DNA of 64,000 nt from Macrostomum lignano (lineage: Eukaryota): contig NIVC01000133.1 in the NCBI GenBank assembly GCA_002269645.1, positions 51,030 to 115,029 on the forward strand. Reading direction: 5' to 3'. Numbering within the stretch: position 1 is the stretch's first letter; each line of letters starts with the position of its first letter. Shown in pieces: positions 24,986 through 38,592 of this stretch. The translations under genes and the position numbers were made by a program. The notes below the pieces were generated by a model. The model worked only from the letters and a program-made list of their open reading frames with translations, searched no databases and was not told where the DNA came from.

Positions 24986-26667
24986 TGTGTCGGCACTTCT
25001 AGTTGAGGTTTCAATGAGTGCAAGCCCCCACAATATCAGAATTAGCGACCAAGGTACACATTATGAAATCAGAAAATAAGGGCATAGCAGGTATTCCTTA
25101 TAGCGCATGCAGCTTATTAAGTGTCTTGTGTAAAAGTACAGAAATGAACTGTGTGCATCCGTAATGTAAGCAGCCAGGTACTGCAGTTCATACATGCAGG
25201 GTGGGGGGTCCCCCAAGTCACGCGCGCGCGGCTACTGAAGTGGCTGTGAAGTGGACCAACCAAGCGTGAATCTGACAGGTAGGAGGCATCGGAGGGAATT
25301 AAAACAAAGGTGATGGAGAAGCAAGAGACCAGTTCAACTTTCATGTCGTCGGTAGACATCTCAAATTTGTGCTCAAAATTTGTCTTGTATTCGAGCCGCG
25401 GCAAAGTTGCTGCAGAAATAATTATTATCCGCTGCCCATATGCAGTTGTCAACCAAATGCCGCAGGGGCTGAGGCTCAGCCCTTCAACTGGCAGCTGCGG
25501 GATTCAAGAGAGATGAAGCTGAGAGAGGTTCTGAAGCATCGATAAAGAATTTATGGGACAGCTCTCCCATAACGGCAGGCAGTTTCTCAGCTTCCCATAT
25601 TCGTTTTTCTCCTACTGAGGATCTTCAAGCCGGGCCGATCCTCTCTATCGATGAGGAAGGGAGAGAGGCTGGAGCGCGAGATTTCACGGCTGGGCAAGCT
25701 TTGCTTTAAGAATTTTCCTCATCTCAGCTCTTCATAAAACAGCAACGGTTGCGCAATGGGCCAACCCCGATTGAAATTCCCAACTATAGCTGGCAACCGA
25801 CTGATAACACTTTGGATGGGAATAAGTTGGGAATCAGCTTGGGGATTTATATTGAAGGAACTGGGCTAGGATAAAAAGTCGATTGAATCCAAGGAGGTCC
25901 AAGTCCTAGATATCTGGAGAGTTGATTCGAATTCCTTTTTGGAATTTTATTGGCTCGGGTAATTGGTTTGCACGAATCCGTAATACGATTCTGTGCATTG
26001 AGTGAAGAGAAGTTGAGTCAGGCTGTAAAAGTTAGTTTTTCAATATTCATGAGATCTGCCGGAAGGTTACAGGTAGTTACAGGCAAGTTGAACACGCTCA
26101 CACATGGTGTACAGCACTGGCTGCAGAACATTCACCATTCACTGCCAGCGGGTGTGCCCTGCAGGAGAAAGGGGAAAATATGGGATTTTAATCTCGACGT
26201 GTCGTCAGCATTCCCGAGAGCTGGAGTAGCCAAAAAATATCCATACAGAATTTGGATTCTTATTGCTGCCGCTGTGTAGTAACTGCCTCGGAGCTTAGCA
26301 GCAAGATAAGAAATGTGACACTGAGAAGCGGTATCGCAAAGCTGAAACAGGAATTATTGCTCCAGAATTATTGCTCCGTAACTATGCAATAATTAGCGCA
26401 ATTGCTTTGCGAGAGGGGCAACGGTTGGCCGTAAACAGCAGCAACCCTAGATTGCTGCGTTGACGCCGTCATTTCTTCAGTAGCCGCATTGATTTTTTTC
26501 AAGGTTGCTGCGCGATGCCTTTTCAAGATTACTTTTACTGCCGGACACGACAATAACTGGCTGGAGGAGTTGTGTTGCTAGGATGTTGGGATTTGCACTT
26601 TTCTGGGATGCATTGCTGTTGCTATAGCTGCATGGTTAAAGCTGATTGACTGCCACAAAGTGACTTT

Positions 26668-27301
26668 TTAGATAGCAGCTGCACCTGTGTGAAACACACC
26701 TGACTCACCTGTTAGATATCAGCTGCACCTGTGTGAAACACACCTGACTCACCTGTTAGATAGCAGCTGCACCTGTGTGAAACACACCTGACTCACCTGT
26801 TAGATAGGAGCTGCACCTGTGTGAAACACACCTGATTCACCTGTTAGATAGGAGCTGCACCTGTGTGAAACATTCTTGACTCACCTGTTAGATAAGAGCT
26901 ACAACAGTGTGAAACACTCCTGACTCACCTGTTAGATAAGAGCTACAACCGTGTGAAACACTCCTGACTCACCTGTTAGATAAGAGCTACAACCGTGTGA
27001 AACACACCTGACTCACCTGTTAGATAGGAGCTACATCTGTGTGAAACACACCTGACTCACCTGTTAGATAGGAGCTACACCTGTGTGAAACACACCTGAC
27101 CCATTTGTTAGATAGGAGCTGCACCTGTGTGAAACACTCCTGACTCACCTGTTAGATAAGAGCTACACCTGTGTGAAACACACCTGACTCACCTGTTAGA
27201 TACCAGCTACACCTGTGTGAAACACTCCTGACCCACCTGTTAGATAGCAGCTACACATGTGAAACACACCTGACCCACCTGTTAGATAGCAGCTACACCT
27301 G
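26668..27301. repeat. 44-bp minisatellite (GCTGCACCTGTGTGAAACACACCTGACTCACCTGTTAGATAGCA), ~14 copies
   Basis: Direct; 44-bp period. Confidence 0.95.
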
Positions 27302-28240
27302 AACCCTTAAATCTGACTCTCTCTTACGCTACCTGATTCCTCATGCAACATAGATAGTCATAAATCATCCATGTAATTACAGAGACAGCAGGCAGGTCAA
27401 GGACACTTGAACCATGGACAAGAAGTATTTCATCTCCGATTTCACTGCTGCAGGAAATCACTGAAAGACGTCACATACTAGCCCTGATCACATACTATCC
27501 ATTATAACTTCCTGGATCGAACCCACTGAAATTAAGAATGTGAAAAACTTCCATATTTAGCATCGTAAAAATCATGACTCACCAAAACTGCACACAACAC
27601 CGCCTTATATTTCTGACGCTTTCAATCTTCAAACAACAGGGCACATGGACAAATCATTTTTTTGTCTAAAGCTATGACGCAAATGGACAGAAAAATTAAT
27701 GAAACTTTGCTATTTGCAGAGGCCGCGGATACACACTACTAGCGAGTTTTACACGATTAAACAACATTGCACGCTTACTCAAGATTAGCACAATAAGCAC
27801 ACTCAGACAAGTTTTTTGTTTCGAAAGAAAATTCATTTTTTATCTCGCAGGATTGTTATTAACGAAGCTCGATAATACATCAGTTATTATAGCTCTTATA
27901 AGGGAGACGCGTACTCGGCTGACTACATATTATGCAGATTGGCTAATACGACAGCAAGCGGCCGCAATGGCCGGTACAGAGAGACAGTATTTAAGCATTG
28001 GAGTGCGGGGATGGACTGGGAACAGGACAAGGACTTCTAAGAACTAGAACTTGGAATAGAAACTCTGCTAGCCTTAATTAGTCCCGAGAATTTGGGTTTT
28101 GCTGCTAGAGCCGCTATTCTGGGGTCCTAGTTCTAAAAGTCCTTGAGCAGGATGACGCGACGCCGGATTGAGAAACCCGGTGGAGAAATGCAGGCAAATA
28201 AAGGGGATCGGGGAGCTCGGGCTACACAGTTTCGCAGCTT

Positions 28241-28395
28241 TCAGACGTTCGACTCCTCGATGTGGCCGATCGGCTCCTCTTGCAGGCGTCTCAGACTGTG
28301 CTGATAATGCAGCTGGTGGGGCTGCTGCTGCTGCTGCATGAACTGCTGGCGATGCTGCAGTTGCTGCTGCTGCTGGAACTGATACTGCAGCTGTA

Positions 28396-28432
<37 letters not shown>

Positions 28433-28719
28433 AATCAGCTGCTGACGACCACCGTCTGGCACCAGCCGACCGAAAGCCTCGTGACCTCCTGGCATCGGCC
28501 CGGAAGTCAACTGCTCCGACGATGCTGGGACGCCGCCGCCGCCACTGCCGCTGGTGTTGTATGTTGCTGAAGTCGCCGACCCGACCGCCGACATTGCGAT
28601 GAGGCCGGCCGCGTGGTAGCAGGCGGCCAGCAGGAGGCCGCACACGCTGAGGCTGCACAGGGCGCGGGCGATGCTGCGCGCGTCGGTTAGGAGTTGCGCC
28701 AGAGCGTCGGACTGTGCGC
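28241..28719 (-). CDS. Large 5-TM membrane protein, last exon (TM5 + polyQ tail)
   Basis: Acceptor GATCAG, phase 1, in frame with ORF 28241-28645; ALCSLSVCGLLLAACYHAAGLIAMSAV; CAG-repeat polyQ; TGA. Confidence 0.82.
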
Positions 28720-28774
28720 CTGATCGACGTTTAGGAGAAATTCGGGATTTGTAATTGACCTAAAAGTATGGGTC

Positions 28775-29280
28775 CACGATCCCAAATCCCCACTCCCCCA
28801 TCCCAAATCCCCTTTCCCTGGTCCCAAATCCCCATTTCTGATCCCAAACCCCCACTCCCCAATTCAGAATCCCCATTCCCAATCCCAAACCCCCACACCC
28901 TAATTCTGAATCCCTCCCCAACTCCCCAATTCCAAATCTCCACTCCCCAATTCCAAATTCCTATTCCCCGATCCCAAATCCCCATTCTTCAATTAAAAAT
29001 CCCCATTACCCGATCCCGAATCCCTATTCCCCGATCCCAAATCCCCATTCCCCGATCCCGAATCCCCATTCCCCGATCCCAAATCCCCATTCCCCGATCC
29101 CAAATCCCCATTCCCCGATCCCAAATCCCCATTCACCGATCCCAAACCCCCACTCTCCAATTCCAAATCCTCATTCACCGATCCCAAAACCCCATTCTCC
29201 AATTCCAAATCCTCATTCACCGATCCCAAGCCCCCATTCTCCAATCCTAAATCCCCATTCCCCAATCCCAAATCCCCAAC
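28775..29280. repeat. 21-bp degenerate minisatellite (CCCCGATCCCAAATCCCCATT), intronic
   Basis: Direct. Confidence 0.9.
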
Positions 29281-29298
29281 CCTGAACTCGAGTCTCAC

Positions 29299-29461
29299 CT
29301 AGTCGCGCTAAGGACACATTGGCGCTGACTATTGGCAGAAAGTTGCACGTCTGATCGTCGAATATGACTGGCGAGACTTCGGTCCCGCCGAGGCTGCAGT
29401 ATTGCGGCTGCCGGTCAGACAGCTCGCATGCGTACCGCAGGTAGCTCTCTTTGAAATAGTT
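29299..29461 (-). CDS. Large 5-TM membrane protein, exon 10
   Basis: TTTGCAG acceptor / GTGAGA donor, phase 0/1; NYFKESYLRYACEL...CNFLPIVSANVSLARL. Confidence 0.82.
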
Positions 29462-29592
29462 CTGCAAATTCAGGTGTTTTCTTTTCTACAGACTGCGGAC
29501 TTTTCAAAAGAATGATAAAAATGAAAATGGATTCGAGCCCAGGACCTCTGCTACCTTTCGTCTGTCAGGAATTCTTCCGGCATGTCACTCAC

Positions 29593-30541
29593 CTGATCGT
29601 AATTGAACCTGCTGACCAGCTGCATCAGCCGGGCCACTTCAACGCGGGCCTCCAGCTTGAAGGCGCCGGCAAAGCCCGGCCCGTTCAGCAGCGTCGCTTG
29701 CGCCGAGGCCAGGCGTCCGGCCTGCTCGGCCAGTTCGGCCAGCAACGGTCGAGTTGGACGAGTTGCCGTCAAAAGCTGCCGCTGTTGCAGAGCCGACGAC
29801 GAGGTCAACTGAGCGGTTGAAAGCGCGCCAGTGGGCGTGGGCGGCGGCGCCGAGGAGGCGCTGAAGGCCAGGGCGGCCCGCTCGCAGACGGCAAGGACGA
29901 GGAGGAGGCAGAGTGCGGCGGTCAGGCCGCAGAGCAGCGCCAGGCAGTGGCCCGACTGCGAGCAGGCGACCCGGCGGGAGCAGCCGGAGGAGCCGTCCGA
30001 TGAAGTAGCCGACGCTGACGCGGACGCGGAGCCGGACTGGTCGAGCCGACGGCGCCGGTCTCCTGGCCGCTGCTGGAGCTGCTGCTGCTGCTGTTGGTCA
30101 AAGCGGCGACCTGGCGACTGCGGCTGGAGCGGGCGCAGGTCCGACTTGGCCGGGTCGTCGGCCGGTTGTCGGCCGCTGCACAGCCGCCTGACGGTGCGCA
30201 CGGTGTGGTAGAGGCGGTACAGCAGCACCAGCAGGTCCAGCAGCAGCAGGAACAGCCTCAGCTGCAGCAGGCTGAAGCCGACGCCGCCGCCGCCGCCGCT
30301 GCCACTGCCGCGCAGGAATCTGTCATCAACGCCTCCGGCATCTTCACCAGACCCGATGCTGCCGCTGCCAGCCTCGTTCCGGTAGGCGGAGTCGTCGTTA
30401 GAGCAGAAGTAGCGGTGCGAGTCTCCCACGGTGGCCGTGGACCCGGTGGAGGGCAGCTCTGGGGAGGCAGCAGCTGCGGCGGCGGCGGCGGCTGGCGGGT
30501 AAAACGCGGGATCGCTGAACTGCGGCAGCATCTGGCCGAAC
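29593..30541 (-). CDS. Large 5-TM membrane protein, exon 9 (TM3, TM4)
   Basis: TTTCACCAG acceptor, phase 2; GTGAGT donor, phase 0; hydrophobic LRLFLLLLDLLVLLY and CLALLCGLTAALCLLLVLAVC. Confidence 0.85.
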
Positions 30542-31056
30542 CTGGTGAAAGCGGTGGAATGGCTCTCATTTTACTTTGGCCGTTCAATTGCTCCTCTAGA
30601 GGAGTCGGACTGCCATAAATAATAATGCCACTTCAGCCTGTGAGGGCGTCCGGTCAATGACCAGTTGGCAGCCCCGGCTTCCTGACCCGGGAATTGCCGC
30701 CGTCGCCATTCTGGACAGGCGACAATTCCAACATCGCTCGATGCCTCAAAAGGCTTTCGCCTGCTGCCGCTATCCTCGTGCGGTGGAGGGAGATGAGAGG
30801 GAGAAGGAAGCCCGGCTCAGGTTTCGGCTGAAGCAGCCTCTCGCCTCGGAGCCCGGAGGTGAAAAGCGGAGACAGGAAAACAGGGCGGGGAGGAGAAAAA
30901 CTCTCCGGGGAAATTTCCCACCTGACCAGCCTCCAAATAAGATATCCCCATTCTACTTCCTGACTTTCCTCTTCCCCAAGAAATCTGTCGGATCTCAAGT
31001 CATGCACGCGAATTCCCCCCCCCCTTGGCAGGGCCCAGTGCTCAGGCCGGACCAAC

Positions 31057-32314
31057 CTCTTCCACAGAACAGTTGGCATGAGATGCAACTCCTCGGCGTT
31101 CGTGTCTTCAAGGAAGCTCATAAAGTCCACTTCTCGTTTTCTCAGGTGAGACTTTCTCTGGTAGAAGTCGTAGAGAGACTCGGTGAGGAAGTGGGTCCGG
31201 TTGTAAATGCTCAGCGGGAAGCTCATCCACTTGTTGCCGTATACCTCCTTCAGGTACTTGGCGTAGGGCGAGTATTTCAACTCCAGCCGGTCGCTCAGCT
31301 CCTGCAGTTGGACGTCCAGAAAGCCGCTCAGCCGGTTGGCGAACTTGCGGTGCTCGGCAACGAATCGCTCGCCGAGCAGGCGGCCAACCGATCGGTCACC
31401 GTCAAACGCCAGCCGAGCTTGAGCGTCCGCCGACCTGCCGAAGGCGGCGCCGAGGTCGGCGAGGTTGGCCGCCAGTACGCGGTCGCAGGCGTGCCGCATC
31501 TCCTGCAGGTGCTGCAGCTGGCCGGCCTGCACGGCGCCGCTCAGAGTCTCAAGGTGCTCCAGCTCCGAGCTGAACGACGCGTAGCTGACTTCGTCGCCGC
31601 CGCTGCCGCCGCCTCTGCCGCCTCGTTCGAGCCGGGCGAACTCGGCCGGCCGCATGGCCATAAGGAGGGCAGCCCCGGCCGAGAAGGTGAACAGCAGGCA
31701 GTAGCAGACGCGAACCGTCAGGTAGACAGCAACAATGAGTCGGCGGCGCCACTGGCTGCAGGTGGCAACAGGCGCCGGAGTTGACAATTGCTGATGTCGC
31801 TGAACGCTGTCGCGGCCGCTTCTGCTCCGACCAGAACGACACGAGCGGACCAGCAGGAAGGTGACCAGCAGGAACAGGTACAGCAGGCCCAGCAGTACGC
31901 ACAGCACCAGTGGCACCATGCCGCCGGCGCCAAAGAGAACGCGCCGGCGCCCGCTGCCGCCCCAATTGGCCTCCTCTGAAGCTGCCGCCGCCGCCGCCGC
32001 TGCCGGCGATCCGCCTCCGCCACCGCCGAACGCCGACCCGGCTGAGTCGGTCAGGCGCACCTGGCTCAGGTAAATTCTTGACCTTCCAGCGCAGTCGTCT
32101 AAATCGGCTTCAAGATCCGCGTCGCCCGGTAGGTCGCGGCCGCCGGAGCCGCCGTGGTCGCTGCCCGAGGTCGCATCCGGGCCAAGCAGGGGCAGGGTGA
32201 GCACAGCGCTGAAGCTCAGCTGGCGGATCAGCCACTCCTGAACTAGCAGAAGCCGCCGCCTGCCGATGTCCTTCAGCTGCAGTCGAACGTAGGCAGGTGT
32301 CGAGGTCACTGAGC
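31057..32314 (-). CDS. Large 5-TM membrane protein, exon 8 (TM1, TM2, long helical loop)
   Basis: TTCCCGCAG acceptor, phase 1; donor GTTGGT at 31056, phase 2 (weaker site); MVPLVLCVLLGLLYLFLLVTFLLV and LIVAVYLTVRVCYCLLFTFSAGAALLMAM. Confidence 0.85.
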
Positions 32315-35300
32315 CTGCGGGAAGTTGGGGGGGATATTTATTCCGTGAATTAACCTGCAGAGATTGTCATCATTAGCAACCTGATCGGATCCAATCACTT
32401 GGCTCAGTCATGCCGCTTGAGCGAGAGACATCATTATCCCCTAGTCTAGGGAGCAGAGAATCGCGGTCGGATCGGGTGTCACTGGTTTTTCTATCGCTCA
32501 CGCTTTCTTGTATTTCATCATCCTAGCAGTTTATTACCGACACAGTATAAGCCGCTATCTGCGCCGGGTGCAGATTGAGAGGAGGCGTGACTGGGAGAGG
32601 CATGTACACTCTGTGCTTTGGAGGGTTGGCCTTCATGGCTGAGAGTCGCACGACAAACCCCCTGAGCCAGTTTTCGTGCACAAGCCCCAAATGAATGTGT
32701 TTGCTCACGGAATCGAACCAAGGGTCGCCTAGGAGAGTCAGACGTCTTTACCGCTGAGCTGCCCTGATTTCCCATGTCTTCATCCTCATTCTTCATCGCC
32801 AAATTGAATCAACCCAAGCTGACTTTCCAGTTTGTGTTCTGCTTTAAAAAAACCGACACTACAGAGATAAACAAAAAAGTGCACAGAGATCCGAGCTCAT
32901 GCGACCGACAGCAAGTGTAACTGCGGCGGCCAGCTCTCGAAAGTCTCGCACGCGAGCCTCCCGCACCCACAAAAAAAAGAAGCAAAAGAAGAAGGATCCG
33001 CGGGCAGGCGGCCAGTCTAAATGGGATTGAATTAACGCGCTTTGAGGCTCTTCTTGGGAGAAGAAGAGAGAGAGAGAAAGTGTGTGCGAGTGTGTGTGGG
33101 GGGATTCTCTTCATCAGCAGCGGAGTGCGACCAGAAAAAGAAAGAATTTGAGAGGCCCAGCGATTGCATTAGAGGAAGAGGTGCAGTTTCAATATATAGA
33201 ATTAACGACGGCTTCATTCCCCGCTGCAGACCACAACCGGGTCTAAAGAGTAGCCGCGGCCTCCCTATTTCTTAGAAAGCACAATGCACCGCCTAACAAG
33301 GAAGGCCGGAGTTCTCCGCCCGCGACTATCCGGACTTCAAAGGCATTGGCGGGTCCCGCATTAAAAACAAGGCGGGGCCCAAGCAAACAAACTGTTCCAC
33401 TTCGCCTTATTTTCATTGCACACATTGCCAAGCTACAGCCGGCTCTTATAACTCAGTATCGACTAGAGCGATCTGAATGCCTCCTGCTCAGGGATTCGGC
33501 ATCCTGTTGCCAGGAAGAATTGGCTTCTAATTAAAAATCTTGACAAGTTTGAAATTGCCTTTAATTTGCAGCCACTCTGGCCCTGCTCAAGTCGGTCCCA
33601 CTTGGCCCCAAGGGACGCGAAATTAAACGGCCTGGCACTGCCGCCTCTCCTGTTGCGGCGGCAGTGACTGACGGTCGCTTCTTAATCGGGGCGGGCGGAA
33701 TCGCGAATGAGAAATCCAACACGCCGCTGGGGTCGGCTGGTAACCGCCCAAGCCTCAGATGAAGCGCATGGGTATGAGGAAGAGCCTGGAAGCTGGGGAT
33801 ATGAGAGAGTGCCGTTAGATCCTCTTTCCCTGCAATGCAAGTGGTTTATCCCGACAATTCGTGGCGCCTCCCATGAGCAGTCGGGAAGAGTAATCCAATA
33901 TTTGCAGTTTCCTTTCCCCTCCATCTCCTCTCCCTCTCTCTCTTAGTGTCGCTCGCTACTTTGTCCCGACGACGGCACTAATAAAAAATGAGCACTGTTC
34001 TCTCTCTCTCTTCTCTCTCTCTGAAAAGCAAATTTCGAGCAGCCCGCCTATCAGCCTGAGCTTCTAGAGGAAGAAAAAACACAAAAGCGTCACACTATTT
34101 CACACTTGCATCCTTGATCCCCGTGTCTCAACCAACTCACTCTTTCCCTCTCTCTCGCTCTCTCCGGCGCTCTTAGCCCAATTAGCCTGACTGCTGCATG
34201 GTCTGCATCACTGTCGGGCGGGAGCAGAGACTTGAGAGTCCTAGAGAAAAAAATACAGCGCACTTATATACCGCCCCTATCCCAGTGTTGAGGCGCTGAT
34301 AGGGGCACTCGGAGTGCTGAGGGCTTATATAACTGATTGACAGCCAGCCGCTTGAATTAACTGCCGCAGCAATTGACCAGCTTGAATCCCCGCGCTTAAA
34401 GCCGGCGGCAGCCCCACAAAGGCGAGAGGGAGAGGGAGAGAGACAGACAGAAAAAGCAAATACAAAGCGAGCGAACGACTGGCCAAATGCGCAGTTTTGC
34501 AGCCGCCTCTTAATGTTGTTGTTTTGCTTAGCAGGGCGGCTTTTAGAGGCCCCGAATTCCACGGCTACTATTGGGTAAGAGCGGCTATTTAGTCTGAATA
34601 ATTCACGGTATAGTGACTGCTGGATGAGGGAGGGAGAGAGGGGGTCAAGCCCCTACATCTCAGCTCGCGCACCTGGTCGCATGCCTTCACACCAGCCCCA
34701 GCATCCCACCCCCACCCCATTAATTAATTTACCTGCCAGAGCGCAATCAGATTGGAATCAGGCGGGCTGGGGTTTGAGCTGGGGAGAGCAGGGGAAAAAT
34801 GAGAAATAGAGACGGAGTTTTTTTGGAAAATAGCGAAGGAGCGGCGGGTAGGCGGGCAGGCGGAAGAGGCGGCCTGGGGAAGAATGAGCGCTTAGGGGGG
34901 AGCTGATGGCAGAAAATAATCATTGGCATCCCATAAATCTGCGCCTGCCAAAAAAACCGGGAGCGGAGAGGCGGAGAGAAGATGGCTTAGAATCCCAATA
35001 TTCCCTAATCCGGCTCCCCCTCCTTTGCTGGCATGAATTTGGCTCAGGAAGAGGGGTAGACAGCAGTGGCGGTTCCATTGGGCGGCGGTTATCTGGGAGT
35101 CTCCTGGTGATTAGGGCTGGATAGATTTCATTCAGAACACGGCAAAAATTGGTTGCATATTAAGTGCAATGCTTTTAGACTCGTGGGCGTTGAATTCATT
35201 GGCTTTAAAAGACTTTATAAGGCTGAGCAAGTAGAGCAGTTGGCATCCTCATTCATTTCCTCATTCATTTCCTGGCGGCTTTTATTCTCTACTTTTCTAG

Positions 35301-35444
35301 ATCCGCACAGCGTCGGCATTCTTGTGGGCACGTGTCTCTCGGCTTTACAAAGAGCACACCGTCTGGCTGCAGATGCTGCTGGGCATCATCTCTTGGCTGG
35401 TAGGGACAGCATGAATCAGCGTATGCACTGTTGGCTACGGTACC

Positions 35445-35905
35445 GAAGCTGTCAGGTACCTAAGCTGTCGGAAGGTACCGAAGCTGTCAGGTACCTAAGC
35501 TGTCGGGAGGTACCGAAGCTGTCAGGTACCTAAGCTGTCGGAAGGTACCGAAGCTGTCAGGTACCTAAGCTGTCGGGAGGTACCGAAGCTGTCAGGTACC
35601 TAAGCTGTCGGAAGGTACCGAAGCTGTCAGGTACCGAAGCTGTCAGGTACCGAAGCTGTCAGGTACCGAAGCTGTCAGGTACCGAAGCTGTCAGGTACCG
35701 AAGCTGTCAGGTACCTAAGCTGTCGGAAGGTACCGAAGCTGTCAGGTACCTAAGCTGTCGGAAGGTACCGAAGCTGTCAGGTACCTAAGCTGTCGGAAGG
35801 TACCGAAGCTGTCAGGTACCTAAGCTGTCGGAAGGTACCGAAGCTGTCAGGTACCTAAGCTGTCGGAAGGTACCGAAGCTGTCAGGTACCGAAGCTGTCA
35901 GGTAT
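35445..35905. repeat. Composite 16/19-bp minisatellite (GTACCGAAGCTGTCAG / GTACCTAAGCTGTCGGAAG)
   Basis: Direct. Confidence 0.95.
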
Positions 35906-38477
35906 CAGTCATGCAAATCGAAGCTGTCACCCAAATAAAACAGAGGGGCCTCAAAACTTCACTCTCGCTCTTCCTAAGCTAGCAATTGCTGGAAGCAACA
36001 GCCGCTCAGCTCTGTCCGGACCAGCTGCGTGGCCCCCCCCCCCCCCCAGACCCAGGTGTCGGGTCTGACGCGCTCATCGCGCGAGCACCTCACAACTAAG
36101 CTGCACCTCTCCGTCTCGGCTTCAGATTCCGGCGAGACTGAGGGAGGCAGGGAGAGAGAGAGAAAAACAGCAACAACTTTCCATTCCAGCCTCTGCTGAA
36201 GTGGCCCACTCCAGGCCCGCAGTCTTACTGCAGTTGTGCTGCTGTTTTCCGGCAACAACAGGAACTGGCGGGGGGAGGAAATGGGGGGGGCGGGGGAGAC
36301 GCCAGCGGAGAGCAGGAGAAAAACTCATGCAAGTTTTTTTCTCGTTCACTCACTCGGAACAAAACAGTGACAAGCAGCAACTATTGGGCTACAACCTTGC
36401 TAATCTACTGGGGAAGCCTCCCAGCATGCCAGGAGAGAAGATGGGGAGAGGCGAAAGGCGCTGACGGAAGAGTAGAAGGCGGAGAACTGCAGCAGCTGGC
36501 AGTCCACTTGCTAAACACACGGGGGTTAAGTTGCTTGCGGGCACGTGGCTCCGGCCACCCCAGAGCCCCCCCCCCCCGATTCTCAACTCTGGGAAGTCCT
36601 GCCAGGCAGCCAGCCATGCAGAGTCGGGTGGGCGAGTGACAGGAAAGTATCGAACGCACGCCTAGCAAGGGAGCAGAAGAGCAAACACGGCTGCCTCTTT
36701 CATTACAGCAAAGGGTTTCAGGTGAGAGAGAGAGAGAGGCGACAGTCCTCAGGAGTTTCAAGGGCGACCCTGATTGACGTGACGCATGCCCTTGGCAGAT
36801 GCCGAGCTGAAAGCATTTTTAAAGACCAAGGCTTCCTGGTCAATCTGTCTCTTGTACCTCCGCAGTCGCACCTGGCTGTGACGGGGGGTGGGGGGGAGCG
36901 GTCGCCACAAATTGGCCGTGTCGACGTCGCAGGACACGCTTCAACAAACACGTCGGCGACGGGGGTCCTTGGGAGCGATGAAACCCTGCTGAATGCAGAT
37001 TTCAGTTCATCGTCAATTCCCCATTTAGTAGGGGATGGAGAGTGGACGGCGGCGCTCAGGTTTATAGCCTGGGGGTGGAGGGCTAATGAGCCCAGGTACT
37101 GAGGCCAGGTGTGCGAGAGGCAGAGACTCATTGGGGGAGCAGGGAGGTAAGGCGGCGACCAGCAGCAGCAGAGCCCATGCGCAATGCCAGACAGGCGGGC
37201 AGGCAGACAGCAATATATCAAATTCCGTGGCGTTGGCGACTGCTTCTTTTACTCAGAAAAATGCGCTTGGCTACAAATTTTCTCGTTGCAAGAAATATAC
37301 CCATTCTCTACCGTTCTGACGCCAATTTGGGACCGGCTTTCAAGGCCGGCTAGGCCATAAAAATTAAAAAAGAACACACACACACGGGCAGAATACCTGT
37401 GCCCGCCCCGATCAATGATGCGCACTGTAATAACCCCCCCAGCGCTCTGCCCCAGGGCCTATCGACCAATTGAGAGAAATGTTATTGAAATTTATGACAC
37501 AGAGTTTTGCTAGCATCGCTGCCACAGCCCAGATCTGTTCAGCAGCTGTCAGAATCGAGTTGAAACAAAAATTTATGTTTTTGACTTAACGTTCTGGCGC
37601 ACGCGGACTTCGGTTTGCGTGACTGCGGCAACATCAGCTCAAAATTCATTCTGATTTCTGAGGCAGCCCACCTGGATTCAGACTCTGCACTTCATCTCTG
37701 TCTCTCTATACCCACCTACTCACTTCTCATCTCACTGACACGGAAGCGGCCCACTTTGCACAGCGGGAGGGGGGTTTCAGAGCCCGGTTGAAGCTTGATG
37801 GATTGAAGGATCTTAATGACAGCCCGGGGGGGGACTGCTGATCTGCGCGCAGAGTCTAACAACTTAGATTTAGATGGATTAGCTGAAAAAATATTTATAT
37901 CTATATGGATAAATGCATAGTCATTCGTGAGTCGGCGACTCTGAATGCTCTCGCATGAAGCTGTTTCAATCTGAGCGTCCACGCGCGCAAAGGCATTCAA
38001 ATGTTTGAGGTGGGGGAGTGTGAAGGAGCGCCGTCGTGCGTGAGACCGGAGCCTGCTCAGCTAAGCTGCTCTCTCCCTCTCGGGCTGGTTGAGAAAAGCC
38101 GCTCAGTGATGAGTAGCATTCGGCCAGATTCATAAATAGCCGTCCCGACACCGCCATCCGAAGCCTACAAATCCCCACTGCCCCCCCCCCCCCAAAAAAA
38201 TGGGAAAACTGATGCGAGAAACCCGGGCAAGGATGGAAGGGGCCGCCTGGTCCGGGTTGCTAAAGCAGACACGCAGAGGGCGACTGGGTAGAAAATTAAT
38301 GAGAGCCTTTCTTAATCCCCACCGCGCCTCAGTTCTCTTTCTAAGGCTTAGCTTTTCCCTCCCTCTTCTTTCGCTCTCTCTCTTTTCTGTTGCCAAAAAG
38401 CAGAAAATGGCGGACGAAGGCGAAATCCTCAGATTATCCCTCTCCTGTCCCTCCTTCGCTTCCCATGTACCCGACTG

Positions 38478-38592
<115 letters not shown>

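Noticed and set aside
25100-26640. Coding-like relics (AEKLPAVMGELSHKFF..., 26368-26553)
   Set aside because: Multiple stops, no consistent splice path, no recognisable family
30094-32200. Long + strand ORFs (e.g. 30657-31784, 375 aa)
   Set aside because: Antisense shadows of GC-rich - strand exons
36718-37221. Signal-peptide-like ORF as first exon of the 5-TM gene
   Set aside because: No ATG or usable donor; exon 7 already joins exon 8 in phase
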